Below are positions 22,123-34,814 of a DNA stretch of 64,000 nucleotides, piece after piece. The stretch is from contig NC_133622.1 in assembly GCF_048593235.1 (NCBI RefSeq), positions 251,476,055 to 251,540,054 on the forward strand. Direction: 5' to 3'. The notes beneath the pieces are model-generated. The model made no database searches, was not told the origin of the DNA, and saw only the letters and a program-made list of their open reading frames with translations. The DNA comes from Sminthopsis crassicaudata. Lineage: Eukaryota. The translations under genes were made by a program, and so were the position numbers. How positions within the stretch are numbered: position 1 is the first letter of the stretch; each line of letters starts with the position of its first letter.

Positions 22123-22281
22123 ACAGTGTTACAATGCAACAGGTACAGAGTGTTACAATGTGACAGGTACAGAGTGTTACAGTGTAACAGGTTCAGAGTG
22201 TTACAATGTGACAGGTACAGAGTGTTACAATGCAACAGGTACAGAGTGTTACAGTGTAACAGGTTCAGAGTGTTACAATGT
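22123..22281. repeat. 24-bp minisatellite (~6.5 copies) with palindromic core
   Basis: Unit WCAGAGTGTTACA(A/G)TG(C/T)RACAGGT; one variant contains the perfect inverted repeat GTTACA-G-TGTAAC. Confidence 0.92.
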
Positions 22282-22712
22282 CCTCTCAGTTCCTGGATTG
22301 TTCTTTTGCTTATACTTTCTTGATCTTCTGCTGGTTCTTCCTGGTTGTCTAATTTCCTCCAGTTTCTCTCTTGTGGTACAATAATATTTCACTAGTCTAA
22401 CAGAGAAAGGGAAAAAAAAGAGCAGTGTGGGAGAGAGGGAGAGAGCTGGCCTTGGAGGCACCAGAATTGGCTGCTTGACTGGTCCGAAGTAACACTTCAT
22501 TTCTCAGTCCCGGCATCTGGCCAGCTCTCTAGAGAAAGGGCCGCCCTGCCCCAGTGCCAGGTCCAGCCCCTGTTCTCACATTCATGTACCACACTGGTCG
22601 GGCCCTTCAGAGTTAAGGGTCGCCTCATTTCATTTCTCTTGTTTATTGATTTCACAGAAGGGCAACTATCAACTCCCCCCTCCCCCAAGATGTAGGACTT
22701 TAAAAAATTAAT

Positions 22713-24690
22713 TAATTAAATTATTTTTTACAAAAATTTTATGCATAGGTAATTTTCTAGTATTGACGATTGCAAAACCTTTTGTTCCAACTTTTCCCCT
22801 CCTTCCCCCCCCCCCCCATGTCAGGTTGACCAATACGTGTTAAATATATTAAAGTATATGTTATATACAATATATGTATATATCCATACAGTTATTTTAC
22901 TACACAAGAAGAATCAGACTTGGAAATAGTGTACAATTAACCTGTGAAGGAAATCAAAAATGCACGCAGACAAAAACAGAGGGACTGGGAATTCTATGGA
23001 GTGGTTCATAGTTGTCTCCCAGAATTCTTTCGCTGGGTGTAGCCGGTTCAATTCATTACTGCTCTATTGGAGCTGATTTGGTTCATCTCATTGTTGGAGA
23101 GGGCCACGTCCATCAGAATTGATCATCATACAGTATTGTTGTTGAAGTATACAACGATCTCCTGGTCCTGCTCATTTCACTCAGCATCAGTTCGTGTGAG
23201 TCTCTCCAGGCCTCTTTGTATTCATCCTGTGGTCATTTCTTATAGAACAATAATATTCCATAATATTCATGTACCACAATTTATTCAGCCATTCTCCAGT
23301 TGATGGGCATCCGCGTAGTTTCCAGTTTCTGGCCACTACAAAGAGGGCTGCCACAAACATTCTTTTTTTTCTTTTTAAATTAATTTTATAATTATAAAAT
23401 TTTTTTTGAAAGTATATATGCATGAGTAATTTTTTTATAACATTATTCCTTATATTCATTTTTTCAAATTTTCCCCTCCCTCCCTGTACTCCCTCCCCTA
23501 GATGATAGGCAATCCCATACATTTTACATGTGTTACAGTATAACCTAGATACAATATATGTGTGTAAATCCCATTTTCTTGTTGCACGTTAAGTATTAGA
23601 TTCCGAAGGTATAAGTAATCTGGGTAGATAGACAGTAGTGCTAACAGTTTACATTCACTTCCTAATGTTCCTTCTCTGGGTGTAGTTGTTTCTGTCCATC
23701 ATTGATCAACTGGAAGTGAGTTGGATCTTCTTTATGTTGAAGATATCCACTTCCATCAGAATACACCTTCATACAGTATTGTTGTTGAAGTGTATAGTGA
23801 TCTTCTGGTTCTGCTCATTTCACTCAGCATCAGTTGATGTGAGTCTCTCCAAGCCTCTCTGTATTCCTCCTGCTGGTCATTTCTTACAGAGCAATAATAT
23901 TCCATAACCTTCATATACCATAATTTACCCAACCATTCTCCAATGGATGGACATCCATTCATCTTCCAGTTTCTGGCCACTACAAAAAGAGCTGCCACAA
24001 ACATTTTGGCACACACAGGTCCCTTTCCCTTCTTTAGTATTTCCTTGGGATATAAGCCCAGGAGTAGCACTGCTGGATCAAAGGGTATGCACAGTTTGAT
24101 AACTTTTTGGGCATAATTCCAAATTGCTCTCCAGAATGGCCGGATTCTTTCACAGCTCCACCAACAATGTATCAGTGTCTCAGTTTTCCTACATCCCCTC
24201 CAACATTCATCATTATTTGTTCCTGTCATCTTAGCCAATCTAACAGGTGTGTAGTGGTATCTCAGAGTTGTCTTAATTTGCATTTATCTGATCAGTAGTG
24301 CTACAAACATTCTTGCACATATAGGTCCCTTGCCCTTCTTTTAAATCTCTTTGGGCTATAAACCCAATAGTAACACTGCTGGATCAAAGGGTGTTATCAA
24401 ACTGTGAATACACATAGTTTTGGGCATAGTTCCAAATCATTCTCCAGAATGGCTGGATGTATTCACAATTACACCAACAATGTATCAGTGTCCCAGTTTT
24501 CCCATATCCTCTCCAACATTCTGTATTATCTTTCCCTTTCATTCTAGACAATCTGACTGGTGTGTAGTGGTATCTCAGAGTTGTCTTAATTTGCATTTCT
24601 CTGATTAATAATGACTTGGAGCATCTTTTCATATGGCTAGAAATAGTTTCAATTTCTTCATTTGAGAATTATCTGTTCATATCCTTTGAA
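22713..24690 (-). mobile_element. Marsupial L1 3' fragment (outer, ~22713-23363 + 24299-24690) interrupted by a second L1
   Basis: L1 ORF2 C-terminal peptides (MFVAALFVVARNWKLRGCPSTGEWLNKLWYM; IREMQIKTTLRYHYTPVRL) plus an L1 3'UTR/poly(A) end. Confidence 0.9.
23364..24298 (-). mobile_element. 5'-truncated younger L1 nested in the older L1
   Basis: Poly-T start, L1 3'UTR, open ORF2 C-terminus (23756-24283, MQIKTTLRYHYTPVRLAKM...). Flanked by the duplication TGC(C/T)ACAAACATTCT (23349-23363; 24299-24313). Confidence 0.9.
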
Positions 24691-25140
24691 ACCATCAACT
24701 TTTTAAAAACATAATCACTATGGGAATTTTTTTCCTCTTCATAATCTTGAAATCTTAGGTCAATAATGAAACTATTAGGTCAAATTTATTTTTCTTCTAT
24801 AATTCCAAGCTGTTTTCCCCAATGATGTGCCAACTGGGAAGCTCTGCCAATGCTGTGAGTATGACTGATTTCTTACTGTGCCCCCTCTCCAAATTCAGTC
24901 TTGAAAACAGGATTTCGGAGAGGCCTTGAAAAGAGCTTTCAGTTGCAGTTCTCTTATTATTTGTGATTTGGAGTTGATAGAATTTCATTCCCCCTTTTGA
25001 AACCTGTTTCTATTAAGGAAGGGCTCTTAGTCTGCTATCTTCGTATCAATTTTCTAAGCATTTTTAGGTGTCAGACTTTTGTAAAGGTTTGGGGCAATGA
25101 TTCTTTTTCCCTTCCCATTCTGTAACCTTTTTTTAAAGTC

Positions 25141-25295
25141 AGGGCAGCTAGGTGGTGCAGTGGATAGAGCACCAGCCCTGAATTCAGGAGGACCTGGGTT
25201 CGAATTTGGCCTCAGACACATAACACTTCTACCTGTGACCTGGGCAAGTCACTTTATCCCAGTTGCCTCAGCAAAAACAAACAAACAGATAAATA
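25141..25295 (+). mobile_element. WSINE1-type SINE (followed by a MAR1/MIR-like fragment on the minus strand to ~25460)
   Basis: GGGCAGCTAGGTGGTGCAGTGGATAGAGCACCAGCCCTG...GCCTCAGCAAAAACAAAC. Confidence 0.88.
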
Positions 25296-25657
25296 AAATA
25301 ACCATGACCCCTTTGGGGGTTTTCTTGACAAGTACTGGAGTGATCTGCCAGCTCCCTTTCCTGCTCATTTTACAAATGAGGAAACCGAGGCAAAAAGGGT
25401 GAAGGAACTTGCTCAGGGACTCACAGCTAGTGCCTGGGTCATCTTGGAATTCGGGAAGATGAGTGCTGTGGTGTCACCTAGTGGCATAGAGTTTCCTTGC
25501 TGCCTCTGATTTCTGATTAATGGCTCTGCTCTCTGTCACATTTTACAGAGGAAGAGTCGGGGTTCAGAATATGTGACTCATCTTTCAAAGCCACCCAACT
25601 GTATGGGAAAGAGGGGGAGGAGGCAGGATGTTCCAACTGGCCCCATTTCCCCTTCCA

Positions 25658-25729
25658 CCCAGGACCCCGTCTCCCCTCCTCCCCAGGACCCCGTCTCCCC
25701 TCCCCACCAGGATCCTGTCTCCCCTCCCT
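25658..25729. repeat. 24-bp tandem repeat x3
   Basis: CCCAGGACCCCGTCTCCCCTCCYC repeated three times, the third copy diverged. Confidence 0.85.
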
Positions 25730-28605
25730 CTGGTGCAGACAGCCCAGGACTGATCCCCAGGCCTTGGGGTGCCTCCAGCCCACAGAAAGTGGTTCAGCCC
25801 CACAAACGATGGATTTGTCAGTAGAATCTCAGGAGAGAAAAGCCTGACAGCCGGCTTGGCTGCTGCCCCCGAGGAGCATGGGACCTTTCCATTCAACTGC
25901 CACAGGACATCTCTCTTGTGAGGATGAAGGCTCCTGGAGGCCCATCGCACGCCAACTTCTCTGTGTAGGCCTGCACGCAGTAAGTGCTTAATAAATGTTC
26001 TTACATTCACTCCAATGCCCCAGGAAGTATCTGAGCCCAGCACTCTGTCGGCTGCATCCCTCAGAGCTGCACCTAGGCTTTCTGGGGTTTTCCAAGGTTC
26101 ACTCACCCTTAAGCCACTCTGAGTCACTGAAGTCACCCCCACTCCCAAACTATGGGCCAGAAGTTTCAATGAGCATTCCCAGGACCCCCCTGATCCTCGA
26201 TGCCCCACCAGCTCTGGTTCACCACAGACCTGGCTCAATCACGTCTGCCCTAAATGTGCTTCCTGTCTGGCTCCTCCCTGGGCATTCTCTGTCTGCAGGG
26301 GACCTAGGTGACAATCAGATTAGCCCATGTTGAGGGCACTAATTGTCCGATGCTGGACTCGGCCTGGACGGAGCCAAGGTACGAGCCTGGGGCCAGAGGC
26401 TGCCCAATGGGGAGGACGTGTTCAAGAAGAGGCAGGAATAGCTACATGTGATGCATAAAAAGCCAGCTATTTATTTCACACATCAAACAGCAGTTCTCTC
26501 CAGAAGGGCTGGGGTAGTTGACTTAGGGCTCCCTGGGGGGGGAGGGAGAAAAGGGGAGCCTAGCCACCAGAACATGGAAATCAGTCCAAGTGCAGTTTTT
26601 TAACTTGTGGGTAAACTGAGAACCACAGAGGGGAATGACTTTTCTGAGATTAAAAGCTAAAAGCCCCCATAAATTCCCCTCCCCTGGCACATTCCATTCC
26701 CCTGATCTCCCAGCAAACCTGCCTCAGTTTCTACCCCCTTCCAGGGGACCAAACCTGCTGTTCCCCAAGCCTTTGCGCTCCCGCTGTTACGATGACTTTT
26801 TGGATGGAGCCAGAGCCCTCCACTTCTCCTTCCACATATGCTGCTCTCTCACTCCCCTGGAGGGCGGGCCCTGCACCAGCAGTCCCCAGTGTGGAACTCT
26901 GGGTACCAGGGGCTTCCTGACTCCACCAAGTTGGAGATATTGGCTCAAGGTTCTGGCCCTTCCCGCTGAGGGAGCACGCTCCTACTGGGTGACAGGCCTC
27001 CTCGATCCTGGTCGTCCCTCCTCAGCTTGCAATGCTTCTGTGCCCCCCAGCTGCCTGGCCCGCCAGCCCCTCGGCCCTCCCTGAAGGGCGTGCATTTAAG
27101 TCCCATATTCCCAAAGAACATGCTATCTCCCCCAGTAGATAGGGAAAGACTGTCTCCTTTTCTTTTTTGTATTCTCAGTCCCTAGCACAGTGCCCAGGTA
27201 CACAGTAGGCACTTAATAAATGCATGGGTGCTTATGTCTTAATTCCCCCAACCGGACTATAAAGCCCCTGAGGGCAGGGCCCATATTTTCCATATCTCCT
27301 TCATGCATATACTAGGTGCTTGATAAATGCTAACTGAATAAAATTGCTCCTGAAGCAGCAGGGCTACCCCTTCTTCTCAGACATCTGAACTACAATTTCT
27401 TCCTCTGTTTAATGGGGCTGAGGCCTGCCTCACCCAGGAGAGAGGTTGTCGGGCTAGCAGAAGTGCTTGAGAATAGAAGGTACCGAATCTCTGCATAAGT
27501 GTAAGAGAGCGCCGGGCTCCTGCTCAGGTGCTGAGTACTGGAGCAACAACCCTGGGAAGGTGCCTCCTGCAGACAAAGGGTCACACTGCTGGGGGCGTAA
27601 CAGCACCAACCGGAAGCAGGAGGGAATCTGGTGGCCACACCGGGCTCTGCTTCCGGAGCTTCCCCAGTCTGGGCCACCGAGGCGGCCTTGTGCACTGGGC
27701 GGCAGCAGGGGCAAGAGACCCAGAAAGCCAGTGCCAGACGGGCCACAGGGCTCCGAGGACACCACGGCTGCTTCTTCCCTGAGTCTCTGGCAAAGCGCCA
27801 TCCCTCGCACTCTCTGGCCCCTGTCCCCAAGCTGAGCTTGCAGAGCATCCCTGCAGAAGGGGAGCTCCTTGAGGACAAACTCGGGGCCCATCACAGGGCC
27901 TGGCACACAGGAGGCCTTTAATGCTTGCTGATTGACCCCCACACACACTGCCTTCCCTGCTTTCCCCATCTCAGACCTGCTTTGTCAGACCCTGGGCACG
28001 AGCTGAGCTCACCATTGGCACAGACCTCACTAGGAATACTTCTGGGGAAAAGGAAGGAGCTCAGGGCAAAGCCTGCTGTTACTGCCTCCCCTTCCCCCCA
28101 CCATGGCTCACTGAAAAGTCTTATCCCAAAGGAAAGATCCAGAGGAATTCCCAGACTCCTCCAGGACTTAAGCCCAGAGCTCCTGAGAATGGGAAGTTTA
28201 ACAATGTCCGCGGTAAGAGTTCTCCAATAGAAACATAGGGCCTCCAGAGGTCATCTGGTCCATCCCCCTGCCTCCAGGGCAGGTCAGCACCTAAACCCCC
28301 AGCTCCTTTTGAGAGCTTTTGGGGGATCCCCAGTACCAGGAAATGTGGGGGGCCTTCCATCCCCCTAACCAGCCTATTACCGTCTGCTAAGTCACAGCCC
28401 TTCCTTGGCAGGCGGGAGAGGGCAGCTGCTGGCTGGTAGCAGCGGCTCCCCAGAGCCTTCAGGCCTGAGGGACAGTTGTTGAGATCCATACTAAATGCCT
28501 TCCTCGCTGCCTCAGGCTCCGGTCCAGGACCTGCCTGCCCCGCCTTCGCAGCCCCCCCCAAGGCTGCCAGCCCATCCAAGCGGGCAAGGAGGGACGCAGG
28601 CTGCC

Positions 28606-31600
28606 TCACAACAGGGATTTGAAGAGGAAGGACAGGGACGCTCCACAGGAGAGCCCGAGGGCCAGGAAGAAGGTCATGAGGGCTCCAGCCACCTCGCTCT
28701 CATGGGGCAGGACCTGCCTGCAAAGGAGGGGGGAGCCAGCTGTAGGAAGGGAACCCAGCCCTCCGCATTCCCACCCTTGGGCAGGCCTTGGCTCCTGGCC
28801 CCCAGGCTGCCACATCTCCCAGGGTCCCCCAGGCTGCCACATCTCCCAGGTTCCCCCAGGCTGCTATGGCTCTGGAGTCCCCAGACTTCCAGTGTCTCCC
28901 CAGACCACGCACTAGTCTCACATCCAGGGAGGTGGGAAGCCAAGCTCTCTCATGGTACTTGGAGCCTCTTTGGGGGACCTCTGACTTCTCAGGTCCCCTC
29001 TAGCTCCGGTATTCTGAGGAAAGGCTCCGAGCTGATCGCTTACCACGAGCCACTCATTTCCCTCCCCCCAGACGGACTGGAACAGGCCCTGGTGCTCCCT
29101 GCCTCCCGTGCTCAGGCCACTTCTTGGCCTTCCCCCAGCCAGGCGGGCCCTGGGCCCGGCCCGGCCCTTTTCATCTGAAGAGCCCCATAAGTGAGGGGCG
29201 CCTGGAAGTCAGGGAACCCTGTCAGAGGCGGGCTCGCCACTGAGGACTTGCTGGTGCTGGATGGAGCCTGAGGGAGCACCCGCCCCGGGGAGCCTTCTGG
29301 AGTTACCAATGAGAGCCCAGGCCCCGGAGGCGAAGGATGCGGCCAGGGAGAGCTAGCCGGTTAGAGCCCAAGCTCAGCTCCGGTGGCCGGAGTCCGACCA
29401 TCTCTGCCCTGAGATGCAAGAGGAGGGCCCGGTGAGCGGCCCCTGGGGCCCTCCCTCGGCCCCCCTCCTGGCAGCCGGTTTTCGCAGCCAGCTCCCCCGC
29501 CCTGATGCTCACCTGGGCGCCAGGCACATGGTCAGAGACACCAGGTAGCCGTTGGAGAGCGCAAAAAGCAGCATGAAGGTGATGAAGCAGGCGTCCTGCG
29601 GGAAGAGGATGGGCAGGTGGGAGCGCTCGGGCACGTGGCACAGCATGAAGAGGGGCACGAACAGGAAGCGCAGGCAGGCCAGCAGCGGCAGCAGGCGGCC
29701 ATCTCGGTCGGGCTGGGGGCCGAGAGCGCCAGAGTCCCCTTCACCTCCATCCGGCATCGGCCCAGACCCCCCCCCACCACCACCCCGGGGGCCCACGCCC
29801 TGGAGCCCAGAGGAAAAAGGAAGCTCTGGGAGCCACCCGGCCCCAACCCTCGGGCTCTCACTGGCAGGCAGGAGTCAGGGAGCGGAAGGTCCCCTTTGGC
29901 TCCCAGATGAGTGGGGGTGAAGGTCGCCCTCCCGTGGGCCTGGGACACTCACCCACAGGAAGTAGGAAGTCAGACTTCTTCCCAACCAGTCCATAGTATT
30001 GAAAAGGAGAAAGCAGCAGATGGGGTTAAAGAACTGGCCTGGGGAGAGGAGAGGCCCGGAGGCTCAGGAGGCTCAAGGCCTTGACCCAGCCTCTACTAAA
30101 CCTCACGGATATCCTTGGTCCAAGGATGGAAGGGACCTTCCATTTTATAGATGTGGAAACTGAGACCCAGGCAGGGGACTTGGACCTAGACCTTCTCGCT
30201 CTGTCTTGCTGGCTCTGTAGACCCCACTTAGTTCCCAAACCCCAGTTCAGTTTTAAGACAGACTCTCCCCTCCTTTGCGGGGCTCCCTCTCTGGTCCCAG
30301 CTGTCTGTCCCTTCTCCTGCAGACTCCCTCCCGGCCTCAGTTTCCCCCCTTTCTGACACTCACTCCACTTCCCGGGGCCCCTGGAGCTGGTCACCATGGC
30401 CGTAATGGCTGGGAAGACGGACAGGGTTACTGTGAACACCAGCACAATGCACAGAGCCATCATCCAGATCTGCAAAGCACGAGAGCCTGTGTCTGGGGAG
30501 CTGTGGGGGGCGGCCGAGCCCCGCCTTCCGTCTCTGCAACCACCCACCCAGGTGGAGAGGGAGCCCCGGGAGCCTCGGCCCAGCCCGATCTGGCTGAAGG
30601 GGGAGGGCTCCTGGGAGCTCCAGCTGGGGCACAGGGCCAACCTTTCTGAGGACGGCCGAGACCGAAGCCTTGCCAGGCTTGGGCTCCTTCTCCGGCTCCA
30701 GCTCCAGGGCCAGCATCGCCTTCTGGGGGCTCCCAGAAAAGCCGTTCTTCTCGTCTGGGGGGAGAGGGGTGAGCCGGCCAGTCAGCAAGCTTCTGTCCCC
30801 GCCATGGTCCGGCAGAGAGCCGGCCCCTGGGGCCAGAGGCTTAAACCAAAGGTCCCACATCCCTGGGGACCCACAGACAGCTCAAAGGGGAAGTTCCGGG
30901 ACAGTTCCCATTCAGCCTCTTCCTCGCCCCAGACCCCAACCCTCCTATTTCTTCCAGATGGCACCCCCCACCGTTGGTGACAGCTTTAGGCCCGGGGCAC
31001 TGCCCAGCCTCCTCACGCTCCCCCCCTTGCTGCCCATCCGCCGCCGAGTGCCCAGCACTGTCCACGGCTCTGCCGGGGTCTGTGACCTTGGACAAAGAAC
31101 TGAAAGTCCGCTCCCTCTCTTGTAAGTAGAGGGCTTGACTCCCCGGCGTGGGGGTCCCCCAGCCCGACAGCCCCGAACCTGCCCCGGTCTGTCTGTCCCG
31201 GGGGCCTGTGGAGCGTCCGTGGGGATTCCTGGCAGGGAGGAAGAGAGCTCAGACCGGCAAAGCTCTCCATGGGCATCACAGCCCTGTGAGGCAGGAGCTT
31301 CCACACACTCCATTACACAGATGGGTAAACAGGCTGAGAGAGGTTAAATGATGTGGCCGGGGGCATGGTAAGCCTTAGAGCAGGATCCCAGCATAGGCTG
31401 CAGCCTGGCCAGAAGGGCCTTGGTTAGCCAGAGGGATGGTGCTGCCCGCCCCCCTCCCCCCCTCCCCCCCCCCCCCCCCCCCGTCAATGTGGGCGATCCA
31501 GGACCGGTGACGAGGGCTAAGTAGTGCAATAACTAATAATGATGATGATGATGATGCTAGAGCTCCTGGAGACCCTGGGAGGGAGGTGGCCATGCTACCA

Positions 31601-34600
31601 TTATTAATCACATTTGCCAGAGGGGGACACTGAGTCTTGGAGAGATGAAGGCTGCCACAGCCAGTAATTGTGAGCCCAAGTCTCCTGGCTCTGGAGCATT
31701 CCCAGCATTCCCAGTAGCTAAGAGATGTGTGGTAGGCTGGGGAAGCAGCTTCTGTCCCCCCTTCCCAGGCTGCCCTCAGCCCTGCCCGGCTCACCAGCCT
31801 GGAGCAGCTCGGCCCTGGTCTCCAGCTCATAGGCCTGTGGGTGGGGCGCCTTCTTGTCCAGGTAATATCGGGCAAACTCCTGGAGCAACAGAGAGCCCGA
31901 AGGCCTGGTGAAGGGCGGGGGCACGAGGTCTCCGTTCCACACCGGGGTCGCCCTGAGACAAGTCTAGAAACCAATCTGGTCATTGGGTCGAGGCCAGCCC
32001 TAGAGCTGGAAGGGACCCCCAGGGCCAGCTGCCGAGAGATACTGAGGCTTCAAATGAACAAGTCGGGAGCAAAAACAACAGGCTCATAGAGCTAGGCTTG
32101 GAGGGGACCTGAAGGGCAGGGTCTCCAGCCCTCTCCATCGGAGAGGGGAAAGCTAGGAGCCAGGAAGTAAAAGGTGGCATCCGTCCAAGGTCACAGTCCA
32201 CTGCCCAAGGTCACAGTCCATTGCCCACGGTCATACAGTCCATGGTCTCCCGGGTTTCCTGTCCTGCCACCAGGATCTAGCTAAGCTGGAGATGGCTAGG
32301 GAGAGGGGGGACGGGGGAAGGAGGGGAGGACTTGGCCGGTTCCCAGGGGAGGATCCAGAGAGGAAGCTCAGCTCACCAAGTGGGACAGGGACAGGTAGCA
32401 GACGGTGGAGACGAGGATTCCCACGCATGGGGTGATGAAGTAGCCGAGGGCCGAGGTCTGAGCGTCCACTCCGCCTGCGGTGGGAATGGGAGCTGAGAAC
32501 CCAGGCCAGACAGCCTGGCTCTCCCAGGAGCCTCTCTGGGAGCCCCGGCCCAGCCCCTGGGGCCCGGCATAGCTGGAAAACTTCTCTCCTCCCTTCTCTA
32601 GGATGTGTGTTCCTCTGGCATCCTCCCCGGCTCCCAGCCAACTCAGCTCTCAGTGGCTGATATTTTTCCTACCCCCGAACCCAGGAGTCCTGGCTCTGCA
32701 GCCAGCTTCCCCTCCCAGCCTCCTTCCCAACCAGAGCCCAACACTACGCCCACACTCACTGGCCATGGACATCAGCATGGCGAGAGCAGCAAAGGTCCCG
32801 GCTAAGCCTTGGCCGCTGAGGAAAAGGGTGCTGTACATGGGGGGCATGGCCCCCAGCTGCCCAAAGAGACTGCCTTGGAGGATGGCACAGAAGGCTGGGG
32901 GGAAAGCCAAACCATGGTCCCCAGTGGGCATTTCCCTTGGAAGTGGAGCGGTGAGCGCCCTGGCCAGGGGAGCGGCCTGAAGCGGCCAGGAGCCTGAGGA
33001 AAAGCTCCTGCTCTCCGGGGGGCAGCTCTGTGGCCAGGGTTCCAAGTCCTTGGCAAACGGGGTCATGTTCTCTGCACAAGACTGGGGAAGGAGCTGCCTA
33101 GCAATGTTTGCTCAGGCCTTGGAACTCTCAAGCATCCGCTCTCTCCCTCTCACAATGGGGGCGACAAATCCATTTCTTCCTCTTTAAAATGAAGGACTCA
33201 ACTAGAACTTTTAAGCTCTCCAGGCCAGCTCTGAATCCCAGTTCTAAGGACCATCCCAGGTCTGGCGTTTCCCCCCCCCCCGACATTCTTTGTTCTAAGG
33301 TACCCCTCAGTCCTGATATTCTAGATTGGGTTCTATGTTCTACAGTTGCTTCAGATGCCGCCAGTCTAGGTTTGGTTCTAGGTCCTAAGGATGTGATGGT
33401 CCCTCCCACTTCTGACATTCTCTCCTAGCTCTGATGATTGCAGGCCATGTTGCTCTATCCCACCTCCAGACTGGGACTGGAGAATCCCTAGGCCCAGGAC
33501 TCCGTGCCGAGGCCCAGGCCACACGGGGCACTCACAGTTGATGAACCAGATGGAGGCCATGGTGATGGAGAAGAAGAGTTCAGGGCTCATGTCCACCTTG
33601 ACGAGGGCGGCCGTCAGGACGAAGAGCATCAGGATGCCCAGGAGGCTGCCGAGGATGCGGACCCTCTCTGGGATGCTGCGCGGGACCAGAAACAGCTGTG
33701 GCCCCTACTCTGCTCTGGTGCCGCTAAGAAAGAGCCAGCTTTGGACAGGAGAGGACAGTGGGTGCAGCAGCTGTGACCGTGGCTGGGTGGAGCTGATGAA
33801 AGAGCCAGCTATGGAGCTGTCGCTAAGGATCATGGACGGCTGAGGGGGCAGTGACTGATGGGACACAGCAGTGACAAAGGCAAGAAGTAAGTGGCCCCCC
33901 CCCCCCCGTTGAGGCTCCCCAGGGAGTGGGGGCTCACCACTGGTAAAGGAAAGAGTTGAGGAGGGTGAAGAGCAGCAGAGGCAGCTGGGACAGGAGGGTC
34001 ATCCAGTTGTTGAAGTTGAAGGCATCCCCGGGGCTTGTGAGGTTGCCTCCCGAAGGCTCCCCCGTGACATTGACAAGGGCCAGCCGAGCCTGGAAGTACT
34101 GAGGGGAGATGGGCAGGGAGGCCACGGTCAAGGCCAGAAGGTGACACGGCCAGAAGGTGACACGGCCGGTCTGCAGCCAGGAGCCCCAAAGCCTTCCCGT
34201 GTCTGGGGAGAACTGGGAGCCCAGAAGGGCCGGGGCCAGAGAGGGGAGGGGCCGCGGGGGTGCAGTGGGCCCTGCCCGGGGAGCCGACTGGGGAGGCTGT
34301 GACTCCGGGGGAGTTTGTAGCCTCGGAGCCTTTTCCCGGCCGTCAAGTGGGGCAGGGTATGGGGGGGAGCACGGAGGTCCTCGCCCGGCTCTGAGAGTGC
34401 GATCTCGTGAACACGTCCCGCCTCCCGCGCCCTCCTCTCCCGCGTCGGTCCGTTCCCGGGCTCCTCTCACCGGAATGGCAGTGATAAAGAAGTTCCAGGG
34501 CAGCAGGGTCCCCAAACCCAGGATAAAGAAGCTGGTCCCGACTAGGTGGTAGCTGTGGGGGAGGGGAGAGTCAGAGACCCCCCCCAGCGGCCCCCCACTC

Positions 34601-34814
34601 CTTTAGCGAGAGTGTAAACTACAACTCCCAGCAATCCTCGGCGCTGGCCTGGGCAACCCAAGGCGGGGGGTGTTATGGGGGTTGTAGTTCGCTCCCCGCG
34701 GCGCGGCTCCGGGTAGGGGACTATCGGTCTTTCCCTGGAGGGAGGAGGGGAGGGGGAGTGCCCCGCGCCCGGCGCCCGGACTTACTCGTCCTCTGGGGCG
34801 TCTCCTCGGGCCAT
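28606..34814 (-). CDS. SLC29A2: Equilibrative nucleoside transporter 2 (ENT2), 12 coding exons, ~448 aa
   Basis: Exons (minus): 34814-34786, 34552-34471, 34098-33938, 33675-33536, 32894-32760, 32474-32377, 31879-31795, 30754-30642, 30469-30364, 30038-29953, 29712-29513, 28717-28606. Total 1347 nt, GT-AG, phases continuous, Kozak ccaccATGG. Peptides MARGDAP, GLGTLLPWNFFITAIPYFQARL, FNFNNW.TLLSQLPLLLFTLLNSFLYQ, LQGSLFGQLG, FNPICCFLLFN and EVAGALMTFFLALGLSCGASLSFLFK match ENT2. Confidence 0.97.
28799..28865. repeat. 27-bp tandem repeat (~2.5 copies) in SLC29A2 last intron
   Basis: CCCCCAGGCTGCCACATCTCCCAGG(G/T)T repeated. Confidence 0.85.

Noticed and set aside
22123-22281. CRISPR-like look (palindromic direct repeats)
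   Set aside because: Units are head-to-tail with no unique spacers, there are no cas genes, and the context is a mammalian genome.
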